DNA of 64,000 bases from Chitinophagales bacterium (GTDB lineage: Bacteria; Bacteroidota; Bacteroidia; Chitinophagales; UBA10324), in assembly GCA_025057275.1 (NCBI GenBank), contig JANWXQ010000020.1, positions 1,004 through 65,003 on the forward strand, in the 5' to 3' direction. The position numbers were made by a program, and so were the translations under genes. This document shows positions 8,301 through 17,346 of this stretch, piece by piece (position 1 is the first letter of the stretch; the number at the start of each line of letters is the position of its first letter). The notes beneath the pieces are model-generated. The model saw nothing but the letters and a program-made list of their open reading frames with translations, made no database searches and was not told the DNA's origin.

Positions 8301-9079
8301 ATGCACAAGAGCTCATAGAATCCGGCCTGCTGGAGAGCTACTGCCTTGGGGTGCTTTCCCTTGAGGAAATGCGCAACATTGAGGCATTGGCTTGTCAGCA
8401 TCAGGAGGTGCGCGAGGAGTTGCGGCGCATCCAACAAAGCCTGGAAACCTATGCCGAACTCCATGCCGTTGCTCCGCCCGAATCCGTCCGCGAACGTTTG
8501 ATGGCCCGAGCGTTCCAGTCACCGGCCGCTCAGGCAAAGCCCATCGTGCGATCCCTACGCCCTTATTGGACGGCTGCAGCCGCTCTGGTGGCTGTGGTGA
8601 TGACAGCAACAGCCCTTGCGCTGTTCATGAAGCAAAGGCAGCTGGAGCGACAACTGGCCGACCTGCACCAGCGCAACAAAGAGCTCGCCGAACAACACGA
8701 TGCCCTGCGCCAGCTGTCGCTGACCCAAAGCGAACAACTGGCCCTGCTCAGCGACTTGCACACACGGCGCATTCAGCTGACCGGCACTTCCAAAGCACCG
8801 GAAAATCTGGCTGTCGTTTACTGGAATACCGTAACCCATAGCGTTTTTCTGGATGTAAAAAATATGCCTGCTCCGGCTGCCGACCGGCAGTATCAGTTGT
8901 GGTTTATCACCGCCGAACAAAAACCGGTGGATGCCGGCGTTTTTGACGCCTCTTCCGGTCTGGTGCGCATGAAGGATGCCCGCGATGCCGTGGCATTTGC
9001 TATAACCTTGGAGCCGAGAGGAGGCAGCCCGCAGCCTACCCTGGATCAGATGGTGGTCTTCGGACAGGTTTCCGGCTGA
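8297..9079 (+). CDS. anti-sigma factor (RskA-like C-terminal domain)
   Basis: 260 aa. The GTG start overlaps the sigma gene stop by 4 nt. There is an N-terminal anti-sigma helix region, one TM segment (YWTAAAALVAVVMTATALALF) and a C-terminus YQLWFI..PVDAGVF..ITLEPRGGSPQPT typical of RskA-type domains. Confidence 0.75.
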   Translation: MNAQELIESGLLESYCLGVLSLEEMRNIEALACQHQEVREELRRIQQSLETYAELHAVAPPESVRERLMARAFQSPAAQAKPIVRSLRPYWTAAAALVAVVMTATALALFMKQRQLERQLADLHQRNKELAEQHDALRQLSLTQSEQLALLSDLHTRRIQLTGTSKAPENLAVVYWNTVTHSVFLDVKNMPAPAADRQYQLWFITAEQKPVDAGVFDASSGLVRMKDARDAVAFAITLEPRGGSPQPTLDQMVVFGQVSG

Positions 9080-9117
9080 ACAGCCAGCTGTTCCTGCCTG
9101 TATCTTTACCAACCGCC

Positions 9118-11226
9118 ATGTACACTCCGGAGCAGGAACAGCGGCTAACCAGGCTTACAGAAACATTATTAAAAAATCTATCTGCTCCTCATGATGCTGA
9201 AGAAGCCGGCCAATACATCGCTTTGCTGCGGGAAGTCATCCCCTACCACGACTGGCGGTATTACGTGCGCTCGGAAGCCGTGATCAGCGATGCGGATTAC
9301 GATCGCCTGTTTACGGCCTTGCGCCAGCTGGAGGAACGCTATCCGCAATTCCAGGACCCCGACTCGCCCACGCAGCGGGTAGCCCGCACGCTGACCAAGG
9401 AGTTTCCTACCGTCAGCCATCTGGTGCCCATGCTGAGCCTGGAGAACAGCTACGATGCCGGCGACCTGCGTGCCTGGCATCAGCGGGTGCGTGAGCTCAC
9501 CCAAACCGACCTGATTCCGTACTGCGTGGAACCCAAGCTGGACGGAGCCAGCATCAGCCTGATTTACGAAAACGACCGGCTGGTGCGTGGTGCCACCCGG
9601 GGCGATGGCATTGAGGGCGAGGACATAACCCCCAATGTTCGTGTGTTGCGCTCGCTGCCCCTGCGTGCCCCCCTGACTGCTCACGGCATTCAACGCATGG
9701 AAATCCGCGGCGAAGTGATCATTCCCAAGGAGGCTTTCCTGCGCCTGAACGAAAAGCGACTGGCAGCCGGCGAAGTGCCCTTTGCCAATGCTCGCAATGC
9801 AGCCAGCGGCGGCCTGCGTCAGCAAGATGCCCGTTTGGTGGCCGACCGCCAGATGGAAGCCATCGTGTACCACATCAGCTATGCCGTTGATGCTTCCGGC
9901 AACGATCTGCTGGCCCGCTCGCTCAACAGCCACTCCGGCAACATTTTGTTGCTGCATCGTTTGGGTTTCAAAACACCTCACGGCCACTTGCGTTGCTTTT
10001 CCGATATAGAAGAAGTCATTGCGTATTGTCAGCAAGCGGAACAACACAGAGAGAATTACCCCTATGAGATTGATGGTTTGGTTATCAAGGTGGACACTAT
10101 TGGCCTGCAGGAACGTTGCGGGGCAACGTCGCACCATCCGCGCTGGGCTATGGCCTACAAATTCGCTGCCCGGCAGGCCATCACTACGTTGTTGCGTGTG
10201 GAGTTTCAGGTAGGCCGAACCGGAACCATTACACCTGTAGCCAAACTGGAACCCGTAGCCCTGAGCGGAGTTACGGTCTCTTCCATTAGCCTTTTTAATG
10301 AGGATTTTATTCGTGAAAAAGATCTGCGCATTGGCGATCGGGTCGTTATCGAACGGGCCGGCGACGTCATTCCCTATGTGGTGCAAGCCGTAACCGGAGC
10401 GCGCACCGGCCAAGAAAAGCCTGTTGTTTTTCCGAAACATTGTCCCTCGTGCCAGGCCTTGTTACATAAGACTGCGGATGAAGCCAACTGGCGATGCGTT
10501 AATGCCCGCTGTCCGGCTCAACTGGCCGAGCGGCTCAGGCATTTTGCCAGCAAGGATGCCATGGATATTGCCGGTATGGGGCCGGCCACTGTGGAAGAAT
10601 TTCTTCAGGCCGGTCTGCTGCACCGCATCAGCGACATGTACCGGTTGGATCCTGAAGCGATCCGACAACTTCCCGGTTGGCGTGACAAATCGGTGAGCAA
10701 CCTGATCGCTGCCCTTGAAGCCTCAAAAAATCAACCCCTGCACCGGCTGCTGTATGGTTTGGGCATCCGCTATGTGGGAGAAACCACGGCAAAAAAACTG
10801 GCCGAGCAGGTAACCGACCTGCGCGAATTCACCCGTTGGACTCCGGAGCAGTTCCAGCAGATAGAAGATATAGGCCCCAAGGTGGCTGCCAGCCTGTACG
10901 ATTTCTTTCAACAGAAAGAAAATCAGGAGGAACTGGACGAACTGGCCCGATTGGGTGTGGCCGTCAGTCGCCGGCAAACCGAGAAGCCCGCCGGCCCGCT
11001 GTCTGGAAAAACGTTTCTGTTTACCGGCACTTTAACCATGAAACGAAAAGAAGCTGAAGAATTGGTGGAAAAACTTGGCGGCACCATTCTGAGCTCGGTT
11101 ACTACCAAACTGAATTACCTGGTTGTCGGCGAAAATCCGGGAAGTAAGTTGGAAAAAGCCCGGAAACTGCAAACGGTACAGATTTTGACGGAAAAAGAGT
11201 TTGGGGAACTGGTTGGGAAATCCTGA
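9118..11226 (+). CDS. ligA: NAD-dependent DNA ligase
   Basis: 702 aa. Adenylation motif CVEPKLDGASISL, Zn finger CPSC..C..C, HhH region and C-terminal BRCT (GKTFLFTGTL). Confidence 0.97.
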   Translation: MYTPEQEQRLTRLTETLLKNLSAPHDAEEAGQYIALLREVIPYHDWRYYVRSEAVISDADYDRLFTALRQLEERYPQFQDPDSPTQRVARTLTKEFPTVSHLVPMLSLENSYDAGDLRAWHQRVRELTQTDLIPYCVEPKLDGASISLIYENDRLVRGATRGDGIEGEDITPNVRVLRSLPLRAPLTAHGIQRMEIRGEVIIPKEAFLRLNEKRLAAGEVPFANARNAASGGLRQQDARLVADRQMEAIVYHISYAVDASGNDLLARSLNSHSGNILLLHRLGFKTPHGHLRCFSDIEEVIAYCQQAEQHRENYPYEIDGLVIKVDTIGLQERCGATSHHPRWAMAYKFAARQAITTLLRVEFQVGRTGTITPVAKLEPVALSGVTVSSISLFNEDFIREKDLRIGDRVVIERAGDVIPYVVQAVTGARTGQEKPVVFPKHCPSCQALLHKTADEANWRCVNARCPAQLAERLRHFASKDAMDIAGMGPATVEEFLQAGLLHRISDMYRLDPEAIRQLPGWRDKSVSNLIAALEASKNQPLHRLLYGLGIRYVGETTAKKLAEQVTDLREFTRWTPEQFQQIEDIGPKVAASLYDFFQQKENQEELDELARLGVAVSRRQTEKPAGPLSGKTFLFTGTLTMKRKEAEELVEKLGGTILSSVTTKLNYLVVGENPGSKLEKARKLQTVQILTEKEFGELVGKS

Positions 11227-11273
11227 CCAAACCCGAAACGGAACCAACTGTAAAAACGTAACTTTGAAACAGC

Positions 11274-12059
11274 ATGAAGCGCATTGCCGTTCAACTGCCG
11301 GTTAGAGCATTATGCATGATCCTGCTTGCAGGTCCGGTGCTGCGGGCGCAGAGCACGGCCATGGATTTTCAGGTGAACGATTGTGCAGGAAACTTTCATC
11401 ATTTGTACAGTGAGCTGGATCAGGGTAATGTGGTGGTACTTGAATTCGCGATGATGAATTGCACCCCCTGCATTACGGCCGGAAAGGGCATTGAAGCTTT
11501 GGTTGCTCCTTTTCAGAACTCTCACCCCGGCCGCGTGCATTTTTACACTTTTGGCTACGAGAACAGCATCGATTGCATGGCCATGAACAACTGGCTTGCA
11601 GCCAATGCGATGAACCATCCGGTTTTTGCCGGGGATGCGGCACAGACCAATTACTATGGCGGTATGGGCATGCCCACCGTAGTGGTGGTTGGCAATCCTA
11701 CCCATAAGGTGTACTATAACCAGAAAGGGTACAGTCCTTCGCATGACAAGAACATTAAGGGCGCCATTGAGCAGGCCTTATCGGAATACACCGGTATCCA
11801 TCAGCCGGGAGGCGATCATTTCTCCGTTTATCCGAATCCGTTCCTGTCCCAGCTTACCGTAACGGTGAATCCTGAAAGCGCCATAACACGTGTGGTGCTC
11901 AGTGACCTGACGGGTAAAGCCATTGTCGTTCAGGATCTGATGCAAGGCAAATCCTGGAGTTGGGACCTGGCCCATCTGCCGGAAGGCACCTATTTCCTCA
12001 GCCTGTTTGAAGGAAAAAAATTGGCAGCCACGCGCAAGCTGGCCAAACGAAACCAATAA
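11274..12059 (+). CDS. thioredoxin-fold (TlpA/redoxin-like, CTPC motif) protein with type A T9SS C-terminal domain
   Basis: 261 aa. Signal peptide, then VVVLEFAMMNCTPC (CxxC in the thioredoxin position) and MPTVVVV (cis-Pro loop context). The C-terminal ~80 aa (VYPNPFLSQLTVTV...GTYFLSL) is a Por secretion tail. Confidence 0.7.
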   Translation: MKRIAVQLPVRALCMILLAGPVLRAQSTAMDFQVNDCAGNFHHLYSELDQGNVVVLEFAMMNCTPCITAGKGIEALVAPFQNSHPGRVHFYTFGYENSIDCMAMNNWLAANAMNHPVFAGDAAQTNYYGGMGMPTVVVVGNPTHKVYYNQKGYSPSHDKNIKGAIEQALSEYTGIHQPGGDHFSVYPNPFLSQLTVTVNPESAITRVVLSDLTGKAIVVQDLMQGKSWSWDLAHLPEGTYFLSLFEGKKLAATRKLAKRNQ

Positions 12060-12063
12060 CTAT

Positions 12064-13128
12064 ATGGCTTTCTGTTTTCGCCACGTCGTGTGGCTGGTGG
12101 CTATAGCAGCACTATCGGTTTTCGCTTCTTGCTCATCAGAAGAAAAACCTTATGAACCCACTCCAGCTCACCTGAATTTCCCCCAGTGGGTAACCACCTA
12201 TGTCGGCAGTCCGCACCTGCCTGCCGACAACCCGCAAACGGCTGAAGGCGTAGCGCTTGGCCGTCTGCTGTTTTACGATACCCGTTTATCGGCCGACGGC
12301 AGCATGTCCTGCGCCAGTTGTCATCAGCAGAAGCATTCTTTTGACGACAACCGCCCGTTCAGCATTGGCGTGGAAGGTATTGCCGGCAAGCGCAACGCCA
12401 TGCCGCTGGTTAATCTGGCCTGGGGAAAATCGTTCTTTTGGGATGGACGCCGGCCAACATTGGAATTGCAGGCTCATGACCCTGTGGTCAGCCCTGTTGA
12501 GCTAAACACTCCCTGGACAGAAGTGGCAGCCCGCCTGCAGGCAGACCCCGATATGGTTGATCGCTTTTACCAGGCTTTTGGCACTCGCACCATTGACAGC
12601 ACGCTGGTTACTAAAGCCATTGCTCAGTTTGAACGCACTTTGATTTCCTTTAATTCCCGGTATGACCGGTTTGTATTTGAACACGATACGGCTGCACTGA
12701 CGGCTCAGGAGAAGCGAGGCTACCAAATTTTTCTGAACGATGGGCTCTGCAACCATTGCCATGCAGAAGGTCTGTTCACCGACCATGCCTTTCGCAATAA
12801 TGGTCTGGATGCAGCCCCTGCCGATGCCGGCCGAGGCGCCGTGACGGGCAAGGCGGAAGACTTCGCCACCTTTAAGGTACCAACCCTGCGCAACATTGAA
12901 CTTACCGCTCCATATATGCACGACAGCCGCTTCCTGACGCTGGAAGAAGTGGTGCAGCATTACAGCAGCGGCATAAAGCCTTCTTCCCCCAACCTGGATA
13001 TTCACCTTCAGGGTATTGGAAGCGGCGTTCAGCTTTCTGCCCAGCAGCAGGCCGACCTGGTGGCCTTCCTCAAAGCCCTGACCGACACCTCGTTTCTGAC
13101 CCATACTGCATTTCAAAATCCGCACTGA
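12064..13128 (+). CDS. di-haem cytochrome c peroxidase / MauG family lipoprotein
   Basis: The ATG at 12064 gives a lipoprotein signal (LSVFASC-SSEEK). Two CxxCH haem motifs (CASCH, CNHCH), FWDGR, and KVPTLRN..APYMHD. The track ORF start at 12007 overlaps the upstream gene and I rejected it. Confidence 0.9.
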   Translation: MAFCFRHVVWLVAIAALSVFASCSSEEKPYEPTPAHLNFPQWVTTYVGSPHLPADNPQTAEGVALGRLLFYDTRLSADGSMSCASCHQQKHSFDDNRPFSIGVEGIAGKRNAMPLVNLAWGKSFFWDGRRPTLELQAHDPVVSPVELNTPWTEVAARLQADPDMVDRFYQAFGTRTIDSTLVTKAIAQFERTLISFNSRYDRFVFEHDTAALTAQEKRGYQIFLNDGLCNHCHAEGLFTDHAFRNNGLDAAPADAGRGAVTGKAEDFATFKVPTLRNIELTAPYMHDSRFLTLEEVVQHYSSGIKPSSPNLDIHLQGIGSGVQLSAQQQADLVAFLKALTDTSFLTHTAFQNPH

Positions 13129-13200
13129 GGGGTTGTCATTCTGCACACGGGCAGGGATATTTGCCTGTTCGGAAACCGTAAATCTTCCGAACGCAGGGTC

Positions 13201-13857
13201 TTGGATTTTATCGCTATTGATTTTGAAACGGCCAATGAAACCAGCATCAGCGCCTGCGAAATCGGCGTTGCCGTGGTGCGCAACTTCCGGATCACCGAAT
13301 CGCGAGGATGGCTGATCCGTCCGCCGGAATTGCGCTTTGATCCCTACAACACGCAGTTGCATGGCATAGCGGCTGAGCACGTTCGCCTCGAACCCAATTT
13401 TCGCGAGTTGTGGAATGAGCTGCAATTCTACCTGCAGGGCGAAATGCTGGTGGCCCACAATGCATCGTTTGACCTGCAGGTGCTGCGAAGTCTGCTGCGG
13501 TATTATCGCATCGCCTTTGAGCCGGTGCACTACATCTGCAGCCTGCAGTTGGCAAGAAAAGCCTGGGGGCAGCGAACCCGGTCGTTTTCATTAGACGCGC
13601 TGTCGCGCTTTTTAGGCATTTCCCTCCAACACCACCGCGCCCAGTCCGATGCCGAAGCCTGTGCCCGCATAACACAGGCAGTGTTTCAGGAATTCCAGTT
13701 GGTGCGCCCGGAAGAAATTGAAGAGCGCCTGCACCTGATTCCCGGCAGGTTGTCCGTTGCTCAACTGACCTATCCGCAATACAAATATGCGCGGCCAACA
13801 GGATTAGGTGCAACTGCAAAGCCCGTAAGAAAAAGCCAACATTGGAAGCGTCGCTGA
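13201..13857 (+). CDS. DnaQ-like 3'-5' exonuclease (DEDDh)
   Basis: 218 aa. Exo I IAIDFETAN, Exo II VAHNASFD, Exo III HRAQSDAEA. The start is a TTG. Confidence 0.8.
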   Translation: MDFIAIDFETANETSISACEIGVAVVRNFRITESRGWLIRPPELRFDPYNTQLHGIAAEHVRLEPNFRELWNELQFYLQGEMLVAHNASFDLQVLRSLLRYYRIAFEPVHYICSLQLARKAWGQRTRSFSLDALSRFLGISLQHHRAQSDAEACARITQAVFQEFQLVRPEEIEERLHLIPGRLSVAQLTYPQYKYARPTGLGATAKPVRKSQHWKRR

Positions 13858-13988
13858 GGTTTGCTTTGTAGCAATTCGATTTCTGTTGAAGGCTTGGTGG
13901 AAACAACGCGGCGTGGATTTTACACCATGTAAAGCCGACAAACGCGTTTATCTATTTTCGCCGATTTACAAACAAAACCTGCATTGCT

Positions 13989-14906
13989 GTGTCGGTAACC
14001 GTCAGCGGCCTGACCAAAAAATACGGCAATCAGCTTGCCGTTCATGAGGTCAGTTTTTCCGTAAGGCGCGGCGAAGTGCTGGGCTTTTTGGGGCCAAACG
14101 GAGCAGGAAAAACCACCACCATGCGCATCATCTGCGGCTATCTGTCTCCGACGGCAGGCACGGTGACCGTATGTGGCTACGATATAACCACCCAGAGCCT
14201 TGAGGCCCGGCGATGCATTGGATATTTGCCGGAAAACAATCCGTTATATGCCGACCTGTACGTAAGGGAATTTTTATCATTTGTTGCCGCTTTACATCGG
14301 GTGAAGCATACCCGCCACCGGGTAGATCAGGTGATGGAACAGGTGGGGCTGGGTGCGGAACAGAAAAAGAAAATCGGCGCTCTTTCCAAAGGATACCGGC
14401 AGCGCTTGGGACTGGCACAGGCCCTGATACACGATCCGCAGGTGCTGGTTCTGGACGAGCCTACCGTAGGACTTGACCCGTTGCAGTTGCAGGAAATCCG
14501 CCAGCTCATCCGGGACATTGGCCGGGAAAAAACGGTGATCCTTTCCACCCACATCATGCAGGAGGTAAAACAACTGTGTTCCAGGGCCGTGATCATTAGC
14601 CGTGGACGAATTATGGCTGACGGCACGCTGGAGGCTTTGTTAACCCGCAGCGATGCGGCCCTGCGGCTGATCGTCACGTTTTCCAGTCCAGTGGAAGCCA
14701 GGGCGCTTTTGTCATTGCCGGGTGTGTTGGAAGCACAGCAGCAGAATGCCTGCACCGTAATTGTGCGCGCCGCCTTTGCCAATCAGGCGCAGCTGTTTGC
14801 TTTTGCCCAGGAGAAAAACAACATGATCCGCACCATTCAGGAACAGCACGATGACCTGGAAGAAGTGTTCCGCATCTTAACCAGCGAAACCCCGGCTTCC
14901 TCATGA
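13989..14906 (+). CDS. gldA: gliding-motility-associated ABC transporter ATP-binding subunit
   Basis: 305 aa. Walker A GPNGAGKTT, signature LSKGYRQR, Walker B LVLDEP. IGYLPENNPLYADLYVREFL resembles F. johnsoniae GldA. gldF and gldG follow. Confidence 0.85.
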   Translation: MSVTVSGLTKKYGNQLAVHEVSFSVRRGEVLGFLGPNGAGKTTTMRIICGYLSPTAGTVTVCGYDITTQSLEARRCIGYLPENNPLYADLYVREFLSFVAALHRVKHTRHRVDQVMEQVGLGAEQKKKIGALSKGYRQRLGLAQALIHDPQVLVLDEPTVGLDPLQLQEIRQLIRDIGREKTVILSTHIMQEVKQLCSRAVIISRGRIMADGTLEALLTRSDAALRLIVTFSSPVEARALLSLPGVLEAQQQNACTVIVRAAFANQAQLFAFAQEKNNMIRTIQEQHDDLEEVFRILTSETPASS

Positions 14907-15634
14907 TGGCCCTTCTGCGAAAGGAACTGATTTCGTTCTATGGCTCTGCCATGGGATACGTGGCTACTGCCGTTTTTCTGGTGCTTACCGGTTTGGTCGT
15001 TTGGGTGTTTCCGGGAAACCTGCTGGATTACGGTTATGCATCATTGGAGGTGTTTTTTGATCAGGTACCCCTGGTGCTGCTGTTTTTGGTGCCAGCCATT
15101 ACCATGCGGCTGTTTGCTGAAGAGCGACGCTCCGGCACGCTGGAACTGCTGCTAACGCGTCCCATTACGGCGTGGAGCATCGTTCTGGGCAAGTACCTGG
15201 CGGCGCTGGTCTTGCTGGTGTTGTCGCTGCTGCCCACGTTGCTGTATCTCTATACTGTTGCGGAGTTGAGTGCCGTGCGCGGTGATGTGGATTATGGAGC
15301 TATGGCCGGCTCCTACTTTGGGCTGCTCTGGCTGGGAGCGGTGTTTACGGCCGTCGGACTGTTCGCTTCCGTGCTGACGGAAAATCAGATCGTTGCCTTT
15401 GTGCTGGCTGCTTTTCTGAATTTTCTGTTGTATGCCGGCATGGATGCCCTTAGCGCCCTGGTGATCGGTCATGTTGCCGTCAGCGACCTGATTAGCCGAC
15501 TAGGCATGCAGTATCACTACGATTCCATCAGTCGCGGCGTGGTGGACAGCCGCGATGTGCTCTACTTTGCCAGCGTCAGTTTTTTGTTTTTGTCGGCTGC
15601 AGTCACTTCGGTTCATCTGTTGCGCAACAAATGA
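14903..15634 (+). CDS. gldF: gliding-motility-associated ABC transporter permease
   Basis: 243 aa with six predicted TM segments. N-terminus KELISFYGSAMGYV..VFL and GTLELLLTRPI are GldF-like. The start overlaps the gldA stop in an ATGA. Confidence 0.8.
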   Translation: MMALLRKELISFYGSAMGYVATAVFLVLTGLVVWVFPGNLLDYGYASLEVFFDQVPLVLLFLVPAITMRLFAEERRSGTLELLLTRPITAWSIVLGKYLAALVLLVLSLLPTLLYLYTVAELSAVRGDVDYGAMAGSYFGLLWLGAVFTAVGLFASVLTENQIVAFVLAAFLNFLLYAGMDALSALVIGHVAVSDLISRLGMQYHYDSISRGVVDSRDVLYFASVSFLFLSAAVTSVHLLRNK

Positions 15635-17346
15635 TCAAACCCATGCAGCAATCCCGACGTGCCCCATCGCCCTGGATCACGTTCCTGCTGATGGCCGGAA
15701 TGGTGCTGGCCATCAATGTAGTGGCCCACTTTTACTTTCTGCGCTTGGATCTAACAGCCGACAAGCGCTATACGCTGACCGATTCCACCAAAAATCAGTT
15801 GCGCCAATTGGATGATGTAGTGACGGTACGGGTGCTGCTTGAGGGCGATCTGCCCGGTGGGTTCCGCCGGCTTGCAGTGGCCACACGCGAAATGCTGGAT
15901 GAAATGAAAGTATATGCAGGCCGCCGGCTGCAATACGAATTCGTCAATCCGCTGGAAGGAAAAAATGAGCGGGAAATTCAGGAAACGTTGCGGGAGTATG
16001 GGGAAAAAGGGTTACAGCCTGCCAATGTGCAGTTGCGACGCGGCGATGAATACAGCCAGCAGCTGGTGATTCCCGGTGCTTTGGTTTATTACAAAGGAAG
16101 GGAAGCCGCCGTCAATTTGCTACTCAGTCCCAGCGGCATGCCTGCCGATGAGTCGCTGCTGCTGTCGTTGTCGCGTCTGGAGCATCAGATCGGCAAAGCT
16201 ATCCGTCAACTTTCGTTTCCCGTAAGGCCCCGCATTGCCTTCCTGACCGGCCACCAGGAACTGGAGCAGGTCTATCTGTTCGACCTGTTGCAGGAGCTGT
16301 CGTCGTTTTATGATTATGAATTTTTCGATATAAAAAGCCGGGCTTTTATTCCCCAGCAATACAAGGTGATCGTGGTGGCCAAACCCCGCAGCACTTTTGA
16401 CGAAAAAGACAAATTCAAGCTGGATCAGTATCTGATGAACGGCGGACGAATTTTATGGCTGCTGGATGCGCTGACTGCTGATGTGGACAGCGTAAGGCGC
16501 AGGAGTTCCTTTCTGGCTACCGACCTGCAGCTCAATCTGGAAGATCAGTTGTTTCGTTACGGCGTACGGCTCAATCCCAATCTGGTGCTGGATCTGCAAT
16601 GTGCTGCAGTGCCTCTGCTGGTGGCGCAACAGGACAACCGGCCGCGGTTTGCCCGTTATCCGTGCTTCTATTTTCCCATCAGCACGCCGCGGGGCCATCA
16701 TCCCATCGTGCAGCAACTGGACGCCATCCGGTTGCGGTTTGTTTCTTCCCTGGATACCCTTGCCGTTCGGGGCATCAACAAGACCGTATTACTGCATTCT
16801 TCCCCCCGGAGCCGGGCGGTGTTTACGCCCTGGCAGGTGGATTTCAGCGAACTGCGCAATCGCCCTGACGCTGGCCGTTTCAACCGCAGCAACCAGATCT
16901 TTGCCGTTTTGCTGGAAGGTTCGTTTCCTTCGCTGTTCCGCAACCGCCTCACCGCAAGCTTTGAAGCCTTGCTGCGCGATTCATTGCAACGGCCGTTTCA
17001 GCCTACCAGCATCCCCACGGCAATGATTGTTGTGGGCGATGGCGACATCGGCTCAAACGAATTTGACGGACGCGGCTTTCCGCTGGAACTGGGTTACGAC
17101 CGCTTCAACCATCGTTATTTTGATAACAAGGATTTTCTAACCAACTGCGTGGATTACCTGGCCGGTTACCGAACCCTGCTGGACACCCGGAACAAAACCA
17201 TTCAGCTTCACCTGCTGGACACAGCCCGCCTGAAGTCGGAGCGTATCCTCTGGCAGGTAATCAACGTCGGCGTTCCCCTGTTGCTGCTGTTGGTTGGTGG
17301 CATCCTCTTTTATTTGCTGCGCCGCTTTTTGCTCGCCAGATCATGA
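15631..17346 (+). CDS. gldG: gliding-motility-associated ABC transporter substrate-binding-like component
   Basis: 571 aa with N- and C-terminal TM anchors. Contains LDLTADKRYTL, and position and size match GldG. The start overlaps the gldF stop in an ATGA. Confidence 0.8.
   Translation: MIKPMQQSRRAPSPWITFLLMAGMVLAINVVAHFYFLRLDLTADKRYTLTDSTKNQLRQLDDVVTVRVLLEGDLPGGFRRLAVATREMLDEMKVYAGRRLQYEFVNPLEGKNEREIQETLREYGEKGLQPANVQLRRGDEYSQQLVIPGALVYYKGREAAVNLLLSPSGMPADESLLLSLSRLEHQIGKAIRQLSFPVRPRIAFLTGHQELEQVYLFDLLQELSSFYDYEFFDIKSRAFIPQQYKVIVVAKPRSTFDEKDKFKLDQYLMNGGRILWLLDALTADVDSVRRRSSFLATDLQLNLEDQLFRYGVRLNPNLVLDLQCAAVPLLVAQQDNRPRFARYPCFYFPISTPRGHHPIVQQLDAIRLRFVSSLDTLAVRGINKTVLLHSSPRSRAVFTPWQVDFSELRNRPDAGRFNRSNQIFAVLLEGSFPSLFRNRLTASFEALLRDSLQRPFQPTSIPTAMIVVGDGDIGSNEFDGRGFPLELGYDRFNHRYFDNKDFLTNCVDYLAGYRTLLDTRNKTIQLHLLDTARLKSERILWQVINVGVPLLLLLVGGILFYLLRRFLLARS

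Noticed and set aside
7653-8306. The 5' two-hundred-odd codons of the 733-aa minus-strand track ORF (6105..8306).
   Set aside because: GH3-family similarity begins at the internal MPLLGQLIK (7652). The upstream part is low-complexity-looking sequence lying exactly antisense to a well-supported ECF sigma factor gene, so it is a shadow ORF extension.
9178-10440. A 420-aa ORF antisense to ligA.
   Set aside because: Same reasoning as above. ligA is certain, and the antisense product has no motifs and no independent start context.
12007-12063. Upstream extensions of track ORFs: 12007 for the peroxidase, and likewise 34032-34184, 54907-54948, 60438-60518 and 63445-63600.
   Set aside because: Each extension overlaps a neighbouring gene or precedes an internal ATG that yields a proper signal peptide or a family-typical N-terminus. 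I used the shorter starts.
12502-13530. A 342-aa minus-strand ORF spanning the peroxidase and exonuclease genes.
   Set aside because: It runs antisense to two well-supported plus-strand genes and across their intergenic spacer, and it has no recognisable domain.
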